This document shows, in pieces, positions 15,192 to 30,589 of a stretch of DNA of 64,000 bases. The notes below the pieces were generated by a model that worked only from the letters and a program-made list of their open reading frames with translations, had not been told where the DNA came from and ran no database searches. The stretch comes from Eledone cirrhosa (lineage: Eukaryota): positions 4,838 through 68,837 of the forward strand of contig CAXHJY010001062.1 of assembly GCA_964016885.1 (NCBI GenBank). The letters are read 5' to 3'. A program made the translations under genes and the position numbers. Positions within the stretch are counted from its first letter, which is position 1, and every line of letters begins with the position of its first letter.

Positions 15192-15721
15192 ATATATTTA
15201 TAAGTGCCCACCTAAATATATTCTTACATGAATATATATTAGGCTTCTACATAAACTGGAAACATTCTCCCAAACTTGTAGAAAACTTATAATGAAACAA
15301 TTGTTTGGAAAGAGAGATATACTTTAACTTTAATTTATATCTCATAAAATAATACAACTGGTTTTTCCACATTATACATATTGTTAGCACCCCAAACACT
15401 TAAATTGGGTATATATTTTAATATAACCTAATGTTTGTTGAGTGAGATGGTTACCAGTCAGAGTTTAGCTTTAAACTATCTCTGTTATTGTATTAATTAT
15501 ATATTTATATATACATATATATATAACATGTCAAAATATTTAATATTCCCGCTCTTGTAATTTGCAAGAATATATATAACACGTCTGAGGATTCTACATT
15601 CCATGTTTCTACAATCCAGATAACACTGTCTCATTTGGTTATTAACGTCGTATCGACATGGAGTTCTTAAATGGTATAAAGCTATATGTTCATAGCAATT
15701 TTATGTTATTTTGGTTCTTTA

Positions 15722-16082
15722 TTTAACTAATGTATTGGTATGCGATGGGCCCCACCCACAGCCCCGGCTGACAGAATGGAGAAGGCGATTCTCCGGGGGA
15801 CGGCAAGGGAAACGCGCTGAAAAAGCCACTCCAACTCGCGGGGCTCACACCTGCGGCAGGCCAGCTCAGCGCCTATGGTGGTGAGTAAGGAGGTAGCCCT
15901 GGAGCCGAGGACACCAGAAGTCTCCACTGCCAGGGGTACGACTGCAAACCTGTCGGAGAGCGACCGGTATTTGAGGAGTTTGGCCCCCTCAGCCCGACAT
16001 GCAGCAGAACCTGGGTCAGTCGCAGACTGCACCAGGTTGCGGCTGCAGAAAGTGTCGGTGCAAGTGGCATCCCAGACGAGTA
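15722..16082 (-). mobile_element. 3' fragment of CRE-like non-LTR retrotransposon (restriction-like endonuclease end)
   Basis: GC-rich island; LVWDATCTDTF...PGSAACRAEGAKLLKYRSL...VPLAVETSGVLG...WLFQRVSLAV matches the C-terminal RLE pattern of CRE-clade proteins. Confidence 0.75.
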
Positions 16083-16326
16083 GTTAATGTTTCGTTTTAT
16101 GAGTGGGTTGTTTGTGATTATTAAAGCTGAGAATAAACTACAAAGAATACGGAAGGAAAACTGCAATGTCTACAGTAAGTAAACCTGTCTGAATGTTCTC
16201 CCTACTTCGAATTTGACCAGGTAGAATAATTATGTATGTACATATAATAATTCTATATTTTCAAATATTTATATATTGGTTTGTATATTATTAATTCTAT
16301 ATAATTATTCGTATCTAATTCATATA

Positions 16327-16361
<35 letters not shown>

Positions 16362-16492
16362 TTAATATAGATGAGATTCTACAGGACTAGAACTGTTTCA
16401 TGTAGAATCTCATCTATATTAAAACTTTTATACTCTGCTATGTATTGAGTACCTTACTTACTGTGGTTACCTCCGATTCAACCCGGAATAAC

Positions 16493-16549
<57 letters not shown>

Positions 16550-16786
16550 AGGGGGAGTGATAATAATAATTATGAAGACCAAAATCCGAAGACGGCCCGA
16601 TAAGAATTATATATATATATATATGTATCTATGTATGTATATATATATATATGTGAAGAAACCCGTAGAGGAAATAAGTGTTGTTAGCACAGATTAAAGT
16701 ATAATATTATATACTAATTAGATGTATATATATATATATATATATATCAACACACCTGGGAATCGAACACATACAAGTTATTATCG

Positions 16787-16829
<43 letters not shown>

Positions 16830-17068
16830 GTGTAGCATACGTATTAGGATAACATGTATGTGTTCGATTCCCAGGTGTGTTGATATATATATATATATAT
16901 TAGGTGTAGCATACGTATTAGGATAATAACATGTACGTGTTCGATTCCCAGGTGTGTTGATACCTATTTCTTCTGGCATGGGGAGGGGGGGTTATATGCC
17001 AATATTCTGCAATCAATATACGGTGAAATGTCTAATTCAATTCTCGGACGAACACACACATATATTTA

Positions 17069-17123
<55 letters not shown>

Positions 17124-17762
17124 TATATTTATATAAATATATATATATATACACGTGCATAAAAATTATATATATTATATAAAAATTATATATATTATAT
17201 AAAAATTATATATATTATATAAAAATTATATATATTATATAAAAATTATATATATTATATATATTATAATATATTTATATATATACATATATATATATAT
17301 ATCATATATATATACATATATATTTATATATGCATATATATATATTATATTCATACATGTTATATTTATATATAAATTATATATATTTATATATACATAT
17401 ATATTTATATATACATATATATTTATATTTACATGTATATATTATATTTATATATACATATATATATATATATTATATTTATATATGTTATATATATATT
17501 ATATTTATATATGTTATGTAATATTTATATATATTATATTTATCTATATATATTTATATATATTCATATTGTATATATATATTATATTTATATAATATAT
17601 ATTATATATATATACATATATATATATATATACACAGAACATCCGTGAAAGTTTCGGGATTGAGTTTAAGTATATATATATAATATATATATATATAAAA
17701 ATACACACACACACACACACACACATACATATATATATATACGTGTATTATTATTATTATTA

Positions 17763-17985
17763 GGGCGGTGGTTTGGCAGTATCGGTAGAGCGTCGGACAA
17801 CATGCTTTGTGGCAGAGCGTTACGGCCCTTTACGTTCTGAGTTCAAATCCCGCTGAGGTTAGCTTTGCCTTTCATCCTTACGGGGTCGATAAAATAAAGT
17901 ACCAGTAACGTACTGGGTTGATTTAATCGACTTTTCCCTCCCCAGAATTGCTGGTCTTGTGCCTAAATCAGAAACTATTATCATT
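17763..17985 (+). mobile_element. tRNA-derived SINE (family 2, the most abundant here)
   Basis: TGGCAGTATCGG A-box-like, GAGTTCAAATCC B-box, core GCCTTTCATCCTTACGGGGTCGATAAAATAAAGTACCAG. Confidence 0.85.
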
Positions 17986-18104
17986 ATTAGTTCACGCGTC
18001 TTTTGTCCCCTAATATGAGACTAAGAAAGAAATTTAAACCATAATATCACTAACGTATTTAGAGTTAATAGAATATCAGTGTAGTAAAAACCAATGGATG
18101 ACTA

Positions 18105-18280
18105 CAGCACTTCCCGGTGCCGAAGACGCTTCGTCCTCGAGGACGCACCCTAATTTTGACACCCCGCCCCCTTCCCCAAATACAAAAATAATAAACGACC
18201 TTCAGCCTGCAGGATGCATGGTTTGATTTTTTAGACTTATTTTAGGGAAAAAGTAGCGTCTTCGACGCCGGGAAATACGG
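18105..18280. mobile_element. MITE, Tc1/mariner-pogo type
   Basis: Imperfect ~26-bp TIRs (CAGCACTTCCCGGTGCCGAAGACGCT / AGCGTCTTCGACGCCGGGAAATACGG) flanked by TA. Confidence 0.7.
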
Positions 18281-18737
18281 TATATTGAATAAAAACTATT
18301 GGGAGAAATTATCCTCGAAACCCCCTTAACCCCGGAAATCTTGATTCGTATATATCAGAACATCATTTTTTCTTATATAAATTCACGTACACAATTGTAT
18401 AGTTGGCGTATGTTGATGGAATATTCTTTTCTTTATCTCTTAGTCACTGAACACCACATGAGATAGCAGAAAATAAACCCACCTGTCACGCCTTACTCTG
18501 TTAAACAGTTTACATTCTATTATGCATTATGCCTATGTAAAAGAAACTTTCGACTGCAGTTGACGCCTGTAAATCCTTTATTAATCGTCCTTCAAGATCA
18601 AGACTGATACAACAACACTAGGAGCAAATACGTTAATGAGAGTTATAGCTGATATAATTGTACCATCTTTATTGTGTTCGATGTTTTCATTCTATATATC
18701 CTCCTTATATAGTGCCTTTATTTTCCCTAATTAACGG

Positions 18738-19143
18738 TTGGTTTCTTATATAGGCACAAGGCCAGCAATTTTGGGGGGCGAGAGGAAAGTCGATTAAATC
18801 GACCCAGTGCGTGACTGGTGCTTTATTTTATCGACCCTGTAAGGATGAAAGGCAAAGTTAATCTCGTAATTTCGGCGGGATTTGAACTCAGATCATAACT
18901 CAGATCGTAACTCTATGCCACACAACATGTTGTACGACGCTCTACCGATACTGCCAATCCACCGCCCTAACCATAGATTTAATAATAGTTTCTTATATAG
19001 GCACAAGGTCAGCAATTTTTGGGGGGAGAGGAAAGGCAAAGTTAACCTCGGTGGGATTTGAACTCAGATCATAAAGGGCCGTAACTCAATGCTGCAAAGC
19101 ATGGTGTCCGACGCTCTACCGATACTGCCAATCGACCGCACTA
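18738..19143 (-). mobile_element. Two adjacent family-2 SINE copies
   Basis: Reverse complement of the 17763 SINE at 18738-18968 and at 18987-19143 (internally deleted). Confidence 0.85.
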
Positions 19144-19312
19144 ATACGTCAATTAATTAATGATATTATATGTATGAAGCCGTGACTCCTGGTGGAGTCT
19201 TAAAGCTCCTTAATGACATACAGCGAATCTTGGGCATTTTAAGTTTACCGGGCCCCTTACATTTTTACACCATAATATATATTCATGTCTATAGATAAAT
19301 ATGATTTATATA

Positions 19313-19356
<44 letters not shown>

Positions 19357-19535
19357 CTACGGTTCTTATATATTTGATATATATTTATCCTTATCGAGCC
19401 CTCTTTGGATTTTAGTCTTCAAATTTATTATTATTATTACTATATATATATATAAATGTAGATATAGACATACATAACATATTTGTATATCTCTCTATCT
19501 CTCTATATATGTCTGCCTGTCTATCTATCTATCTG

Positions 19536-19783
19536 CCTGTAGGTTGAGGAAAAGGAGGAGGAGAGGAAAGGAGTACAAGCTCTTCGTACTCCTGGAGATG
19601 AGGGTTGCACATTTTTTTTCGGGGGTATGTGTTACCCATATAAACTGTCTCCCTCTATTGGGGAAAATCGACTAACTTTTAAATTCCATCTGTGATAACA
19701 TTTTACACGTTTTTATTGTATGTAAACTTCCCCCTTTGTATTCGTCCCCTTCTTTTGTGCCCCTGTGGCTAATAAAGAAATAT
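19536..19783 (+). mobile_element. 3' UTR of L1/Tx1-like LINE
   Basis: Homologous to 60088-60297 (CCTGTAGG...TGTAAACT-CCCCCTTTGTATT...AATAAAGAAATA). Confidence 0.65.
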
Positions 19784-20993
19784 ATCTATCTATCTATCAA
19801 TCAATTAATATATATATATAATGAGAAAGAGGGGGGGGAGGGTTCCACAAATCCACCGCCATCTGAACTCTATTTATCGAGCCACAAATGATTAAAAAAA
19901 ATGAATAATAAAGACATCCTCGCCGGGATTTGAAAGATTTGGGTTCACAGAGCCGAAACAAATAACCAGGCATTTAATCCAATCCGACGCTCTAACATCC
20001 CCCAATAATTCGCCGTTTAAATTTGATAGAGTCTGTTTAAATAAACATTTAGAAAATAAGTCAAACGTAGAAGAGCGTTCTTAATTGTTCACCAGACAAC
20101 GAACTTCAGAGCACCAGTAAAATAACCTCTTCACTATCTTTTATATATTTTTCTTTTCTCTGTGCTTTTGTTTGTTCTTGTTGTTGTTGTTACACCTACT
20201 ATATCCTTGTCATTGCGTGGTTTCTCTTGTTGTTGTTGTTCTTGATGTTGTTGTTGTTGTTGTTGTTGTTGTTCTTGCTCTTGTTGTTATTTATATGGGC
20301 TTTTGAGAAAATGTCTGTTAAAAGAAAAAAAAAATGAAATAAAATAAGGAAGAAAAAGAAAGATCTTTTCAATGAGAAATGAAATATTCATCTATGTTTT
20401 CTCTTCGAAGCATGGAGTTCGGCGCGTGTGTGTCCACGTATGAGGAGGTGGGGAGTGAAGGTTAGCACATGTACAAAACAAAATAAAAAACAAAATCAAC
20501 TTAAAATGGAGGTGAATTCTAAAATGCAAGAAGGAAACACCCAAAAACACACTTAATGACAAATGTCTGTAGCTATTTTCTTTTATTTTTTTAGTATTTA
20601 TTTCTATGTACGCATTCATAATAGTTTGCAATTTTTTTTTTTTTATTTCTACTCATAGAAGTAAAAAAGGGACTTTAACATTTTGGAAACATGTTTATTT
20701 GTATTTTCACCCTTGTCATTTTTTTAACGACCGGATATCAATTCTTAATACCAGAGATCATTTATTTTGTTTTTTCCCAAACGTTGAATTAGTTACAACT
20801 CTTAATAGAAGGTTGTTTAGTCAAGCAGATATTTATTTCAGGACAATTTACTTATAGAATTGTTTCAATATTTGGTACAGTGGATAAAATTCTAAGGCGC
20901 CGAATTGGCAGAGTCGTTAGAGCGTAGAATATATTGAGCCTTGATTTCTGAGTTCAGATTTCACCGTGGTCAGCTTTGACTTTAAATCTTTCC

Positions 20994-21295
20994 CTTCTTC
21001 TTCTTCGCCCACTTATTCCTGAGAGGGTTATGTTGGCAGAATCCTCAAACACTCCCTCCAGCGGGTCCTGTCAGAAGCAACCATCTACAACTGATCCGGC
21101 TGGATCCCCAAGCGTTACCAGCTAAGTTCATGGATGATATCCAACCATCTTGCTCGGAGTCTATCCCTGGGTCCCCTACCTGTTTCTTTTGACCGTAAAA
21201 ACTGTCCAGTGATTCTTTCCTGGGACATTCTAGCCACATGCCCATAGTATCGGAGCTGTGATCACTCAATTCGGAGAAGTAGCAGCCCTAACTAG
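20994..21295 (-). mobile_element. 3' fragment of RTE (Expander-like) LINE
   Basis: Homologous to 36360-36660; ends in a (GAA)n tail. Confidence 0.8.
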
Positions 21296-21948
21296 AGTGA
21301 TTCTCTGGGTAGAGCCGTGGGTTTATAAAATATATTACCAGACCAGGGTAGTATTTTGGCTGAATCGTTAGAGCGTCGGACGAAACGCCTAATGGTACAT
21401 CTACTGGTCCTCTATGTTCTGAGTTCAAATCCTGCAGAAGTCAATTTTTCTTATCACTGCTTCTGGAGCAGGCATATCGAAGCAGGGTAGTTGATTGGTG
21501 ATCCTTTTAAATGTATCACAAAATGCCTATAAAACATGAGACTTGTCCTTCTCTTCGTAAAATATCCGCTCTCGTAAATATTTCTTCTGGGTTTTTTTTT
21601 CATACGTAATTTTCAGCAAGACTGAATGTGATACACGAGGCTAGGTATTTGTAGTGCAAGTACAATCAATCTAACGAGCTTCCACGTAGTTTCCACCTTC
21701 CCAATTTCAAGGTAAATGATACATCTCCAAAATAACTAGTGATTGGGAAGCGAACTCCTCAACCATTTATAATATATATATTTCTATATATTGGTAAAAC
21801 ACCGTGAGGTTATATCCGTAGTAAGTAGAGTTCCAGGTCCATAGCACGAGTTCGGTATTATCTTATGTTGTTTATTACATAACTATTAAGCTCTGTAGCC
21901 TACATAGAGCACTCTTTTTCCTGTACCTTTCCGACGGAAATACTTCAT

Positions 21949-22014
<66 letters not shown>

Positions 22015-22305
22015 TTCCGGTTGGTTGGTTGGTTCGATAACCGGAAGGTTGTTTATATATTGTGAAAGCTCTTTAGTCACACATTCTGTGACCTCCTCAG
22101 TGACTAGATTTTTATTTTGTGTGTATCTCTTTTATTCTGTCTTACACCATGTTGTAGTGAAAACCAACAGGTGCGTATATTTTTATTGGCAACATGACCC
22201 TGCCAAAGTATAACTAATATATATATGTATGTGTACATAAAAACATACATCCATACACACAAAGATAAATGTGTCTTTGATGCTGTACTGTAATAAAAAT
22301 AACTG

Positions 22306-22344
<39 letters not shown>

Positions 22345-22664
22345 AGGTGAATGATATTAAAAGAGGAAATTAGAATATATAAATCGATAGGAGAACATGA
22401 AGATAGAAGAAACGGTGGATGATGGGTGGGGAACACTTGGGGGTGAGGGGTGTAAGAAGAGGGAGGTCGGATGGGCGGAAAGATACGTTTGTTTAACAAT
22501 GATGGTACATTTCTTTTGAAATATATGAGAATATATATCAGAAATATAGAATGAAATATATATATGTATATGTACATATATATATATGTATATATATATA
22601 TGTACATATATATATATGTATATATATATATGTATATATATGTATATATATATATATATGTATA

Positions 22665-22750
<86 letters not shown>

Positions 22751-23201
22751 TATAAGTATATATATATATATATATACATATATATAAGTATATATATATA
22801 TATGTGTATATATACGTATATATAAGGATCTATATATATATATGTGTATATATACATATATATAAAAGTATATATATGTGCATATATGCATATATGTGTA
22901 TATTTAAGATATATGTGAATATATACATATATGTGTGTATATATATATATATGTGCATATATACATGTGTATATATATATATATATATGTGCATATGTAC
23001 ATATATATGTATATATATATATATATATATGTGTGTGCATATATACATATATATATGTGTGTATATATATATATGTGTGTATATATATATATATGTGCAT
23101 ATATACAAATATGTGTATATATACATATGTGTATATACATGCATATGTATATATGTATATGTATACACATATGTATATATGTATATGTATACACATATGT
23201 A

Positions 23202-23249
<48 letters not shown>

Positions 23250-23269
23250 CATGTGTATATATACATATA

Positions 23270-23314
<45 letters not shown>

Positions 23315-23319
<5 letters not shown>

Positions 23320-23577
23320 CAATGCATTATACAGAGTAGGGGCGCAAATACAGGTGCAGATTTTCTGATCAGATTATGAGGTAATAGATGCAACAGGACT
23401 AGAACATTTCATAGTCTAGTAGACACATAGACCCACCCACATACACACACCCAGACCAATCCACACACACCCAGACCCATCCACACACACACACACACTA
23501 ATAAAAACACACACATGCACATTGACTTAAATATACTGTTATAAGAGAGCAACTTATCCAAGGGGAACGAAACTACT

Positions 23578-23669
<92 letters not shown>

Positions 23670-23940
23670 CTATGTATAGTAGTTTCGTTCCCCTTGGATA
23701 AGTTGCTCTCTTATAACAGTATATTTAAGTCAATGTGCATGTGTGTGTTTCTGTTAGTGTGTGTGTGTGTGTGTGTGTGGATGGGTCTGGGTGTCTGTGG
23801 ATGGGTGTGTGTATGTGGGTGGGTCTATGTGTCTACTAGACTATGAAATGTTCTAGTCCTGTTGCATCTATTACCTCATAATCTGATCAGAAAATCTGCA
23901 CCTGTATTTGCGCCCCTACTCTGTATAATGCATTGTAAAT
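23315..23940. repeat. Long inverted repeat with ~270-bp arms centred on (TA)n
   Basis: 23315-23584 is the reverse complement of 23671-23940; the ORF track shows the same peptide [20 protein letters not shown] on both strands. Confidence 0.95.
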
Positions 23941-24210
23941 ATATATATATATATATGCATGTATATATATATGTACACAAGAACACACATAATTACACGT
24001 GCACACCCATATATATGTATATATATATATATATTTATATATATTTTTTTTTATTTATATATATGTATATATATATATTTTTTTATATATACATTTATAA
24101 ATATATATATATATATATATTTATATATTTTTTATTTATTTATTTATATATATATATTTATATATTTTTTATTTATATATTTTATATTTATATATTTTTG
24201 AAGCCTTCTT

Positions 24211-24261
<51 letters not shown>

Positions 24262-24585
24262 ACCTTTTCTATGCCTAAGTGTCCTTCCTCTTTGTCTGCT
24301 CGTTAGACTACAGTTCTTGTTATTATTTGTCTCGCTTCTATATTGTTTTCCCTTTGGCTAAACCCCTCTGCACTATTCTCTCCCTACTTTGTCAGTGTGC
24401 GAGCTGGAATACTTTTTTTGTGTAATTTGAGACTTGATTTATGTCCAAATGTTTACTGGAATGAACGCTTTCAACCTTAATAAGCCGAAACCATAGTTAT
24501 TTGCAGAGGTTGACTGAGGAGATGAGACTGTCCGTCTTTCCGATGCTTTTTTTCCTATTATCTTTGTCCTCTGCCTCCCTATTTT

Positions 24586-24657
<72 letters not shown>

Positions 24658-25208
24658 ATGCACACGGAAAAACAGTTACATAAGACGAAAAGACTGTATC
24701 TCTGCCTCATTAACCACCATGCTGGCGTGCAATTTCGCAAGTTAGAGTAAATTTCAGTTAGTTATAACTACGATGTTTTTGTTCTTTTTCATTTACAATC
24801 GTTAGCTCTGAAAATAATGGTGTGTGATGTGGTTACACATTGAACTATTCCTCCTTACACAGAAAAATACCAGAGAGTTTATTCTGTTGTCTTTCAGATA
24901 TTATTGTCTTCATCAGAAAATAACTGCAGCTATGATTTCGTGAACGGATGACTGTTGATATAGCAACGCTTTTTATATCACAAATGATATGGAAAATAGT
25001 TAATTTATTTTCTATGACTTGCATTGCATTAATGATTTCACATTCAATCTACCGAAATCGATAAGATGTCTTTAAGAAGTCACAGGCGAAATCAAAATGG
25101 CGGCATTATAAACAACTATTAGCATTGATACTTGGAGTGATACAACATAGCCGGAGATCAATTATTGAAACCAGTGACCCCAACAATCGAAAAAACATGA
25201 ACCCTCTC

Positions 25209-25265
<57 letters not shown>

Positions 25266-25272
<7 letters not shown>

Positions 25273-25479
25273 AAATATTAAAAAAATAATGAATAAAACA
25301 ATGAAACAATGTTTCATTGTTTTATTCATTATTTTTTTAATATTTTATCTTGACTCTGTATTCCGTTTATCTTTCACCGAAAGTGATTTTTCATTGCATC
25401 TCTTCTTTCCATGATATCCGGATTACATTGAGTTCTTCATACGGATTGGACACTACCGTAAACTCTTGGTAGATTTATC

Positions 25480-25482
<3 letters not shown>
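25266..25482 (+). mobile_element. Fold-back 3' tail fragment of the 46407 HHR family
   Basis: AAATATTAAAAAAATAATGAATAAAACAATGAAACA and its inversion; terminus GGTAGATTTATCTACA is shared with 46604. Confidence 0.6.
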
Positions 25483-25527
<45 letters not shown>

Positions 25528-25628
25528 CATACTTTGGGAGGGTCATGCCGCCAAATACAAAAATGAAGTATTTATATCTATGTATATAAATAGATCTCTA
25601 TATATGTAACTGTCGATCTGTCTATCTA

Positions 25629-25799
25629 TTGGCAGTATCGGTAGAGGGTTGGACGCCATGCTTTCTAGCATAGTTACGTCCCTTTACAGTCTGAGTTCAA
25701 ATCCCGCCGAGGTTAACTTTGCCTTTCATCCTTACGAGGTCGATAAAATAAAGTACCAGTAATGTACTGGGTAATTGCTGGCCTTGTGCCTAAAGTAGA

Positions 25800-25804
<5 letters not shown>
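25629..25804 (+). mobile_element. Family-2 SINE
   Basis: Same A/B boxes and core as 17763. Confidence 0.85.
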
Positions 25805-25830
<26 letters not shown>

Positions 25831-25831
<1 letters not shown>

Positions 25832-26012
25832 ACGAAGGAAGTGTGGTAAGGAACCAGGTGGACCATAACGCACCAAAGTACTCGATACTTTGGGTAGTAG
25901 AGCGGGTAATAGGAAAAGAGTCCGGACCCCGACGGCTGAGCTCCGGCCGTTTCGACAGCTAGTTCTGAACTCGCTGTCGAAACGGCCGGAGCTCAGCCGT
26001 CCTGACTCGTTT

Positions 26013-26016
<4 letters not shown>
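25831..26016. mobile_element. Fold-back mini-element (family B) carrying the 3' half of an HHR
   Basis: GAAAC-GGC-cggagctca-GCC-GTC present on both strands; flanked by (TA)n. Confidence 0.65.
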
Positions 26017-26081
<65 letters not shown>

Positions 26082-26167
26082 GTAGGAGGTGAGTTTTATT
26101 GTAGTACAATAAAGCAATGCAGATATCGGATAAGAAGCACTCTACAGTTTGTAGGACTGGAGTATAC

Positions 26168-26269
26168 ATAATATAAGATCAAAAGATGGTTAAAGGAGTT
26201 CCATATATTTTATTATGCGCATAATAAAATATATGGAACTCCTTTAACCATCTTTTGATCTTATATTAT
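26168..26269. repeat. Perfect 102-bp palindrome
   Basis: Centred on ATGCGCAT (26218/26219) with no loop. Confidence 0.95.
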
Positions 26270-26846
26270 ATATATATATATATATGTATATTGCAATGGC
26301 TTGTCAGATTACAGAAAATGGTGCACTTTTAGGCTACGGCCAGCCACACGAACCTGTAACATATCCTGAACAAGCAATGCCTATACTTTGAAGGGGTTTT
26401 TAAGTGGAGAAAGGCCTTGCACTCGACCAATCCCACTCTCTCAGCATCAAAAACACTATCCGAAAAGGAGAACTGGTCAACATCATCGGATGCTTCTGAA
26501 GTTGAAGGAGTTCTTTTCAGAGTTTCCCTCTCCTTGAAATGGGTTGATAAATTGATAGATATACATAGTATTTTGGCGTTGTCAGATTTAATTTTTTTTA
26601 ATAAAATTCCATTTCTATAAGGCATATAACTGGTGAAATAGAATCAGACATACGAGTTATATTACATCAGGACCCATTATTATATTACAACACCCCATAC
26701 CATATCATACCAAATTATACCATACCATACGAGTATATCTCATCAAACCAAAATACACTGTAAACCCTGTAATAAGCAAGCATGTAAATATGTATACTTA
26801 TATATTCCTTTATGTATGTATATCTGTGTGTCTGTCTGTGTGTATG

Positions 26847-26890
<44 letters not shown>

Positions 26891-27108
26891 TTAAATATAT
26901 ATATATGTATATATATATATGTATATATATATGTATATATATATGTATATATATATGTATATATACATATATATGTATATATATATGTATATATATATGT
27001 ATATATACATGTATATATATGTATAAATGTATATATATGTATATATATCTATATATAAATGCATATATATAAATGTATATATATGTATATATATCTATAT
27101 ATAAATGC

Positions 27109-27147
<39 letters not shown>

Positions 27148-27286
27148 AATGCATATATATAAATGTATATATATGTATATATATATATATATATATATAA
27201 ATGCATATATATAAATGTATATATATGTATATATATAAATGCATATATATAAATGTGTATATATATATATATATATATATCTTTAA

Positions 27287-27325
<39 letters not shown>

Positions 27326-27569
27326 AATCTTTACATGTATATATATATAAATGTATATATAAATATATATTTATATATATATATATATATATACTTTTTT
27401 ATATACATTTAAAGATTTATATATATATATGGTGATAAATCATTTTTTATTAGTTAACAATGTCATACATTAGCTTATATAAATCATATTTATTATATCC
27501 AGGAATACCTTATACATGAGTTGTAACACTTGTTGATGTCTTTCAGTAGAACATCTTCTAAAGTTGGGT

Positions 27570-29200
<1,631 letters not shown>

Positions 29201-29299
29201 TGTGTATATATATGTGTGTATATATATATGTACATATAAATATACATACACACATATATATGCTATATCATAAATCATATAAGGGCTATATATTTTATA

Positions 29300-29350
<51 letters not shown>

Positions 29351-30589
29351 ATATGTATGTATATCTCTGTGTGCATGTATATACATTGTTCGATGCAACA
29401 TTTAATGGGACACCAAATTTATGATATATATTCAAGTCTTTCCACAAATATATCTATTGTGGTTTAAGACACCTCGCAATATTTAGGTACACCGAACACA
29501 CACACATACACACACACACATAGACACACATACATACATATATATATACATAGATACATGTACATACATACACAAATATATACAGACTCATGCACTCATA
29601 TACTCACATATACACACATACTTATATATACACACATACATACACATATATACACATACATACACATATATACACACATACATACATACACATACATACA
29701 TACATATATACACACATACATACACATACATACATATATACACACATACATACACACACATACATATATATACACAGATATACATGTACATACATACACA
29801 AATATATACAGCCTCATACACATGCACACATATATATACACACATACATACACACACATAGATAAATGTACATACATACACAAATATATACAGACTCATG
29901 CACACATATATATACACACATACATACACACACATACATATATACACACATAGATACATGTACATACATACATAAATATATACAGACTCATACACATGCA
30001 CACATATATACACACATACATACACACACATGTACAGACACAAACATATACAGGCCCATACACATGCACACTTATTTACACACATACATATACATACAGA
30101 TACATGCACAAACATGTAGAGACACATACATTCATACACATAGATACATGCACATTCATACACAAACATATACACACATACAGACACACATACACATATA
30201 CAGACACACATACACACATATACAACATATACTGACACATACTCACATACACTAACACACATACACGCTTATATATACACATTCACAAGCATATACAGAC
30301 ACATACATACATATACACAAACATATTCAGACACATACACACGCACATACTCAAAAACATTCGCAAGGAATGGATCTCCGTCGCTTTCAATGATGAGTGT
30401 TCCATTTACTTGATTAACGAAACAATCTGAACGTGAAATTAACGTGTAAATGCTGAGCATTTCACAGACACGTGTACCCTTAGTTTAATTTACAGGGTGA
30501 TACAACGTGACAAAGTGTGTGACATGACTGGCCCTTTCAACTGTTTTGTACAGTTTATCCTAGGGGCTTCCAAACAAGTTCATTCAACA

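Noticed and set aside
16747-16960. B-box-like GTTCGATTCCC in three short copies (one inverted)
   Set aside because: Fragmentary local duplication, not a complete tRNA
24878-24924. Minus-strand CTGATGA-AGA..TCT-GAAA with plausible stem I
   Set aside because: Stem III and the UH site are missing (GACAAC); may be a relic or chance match
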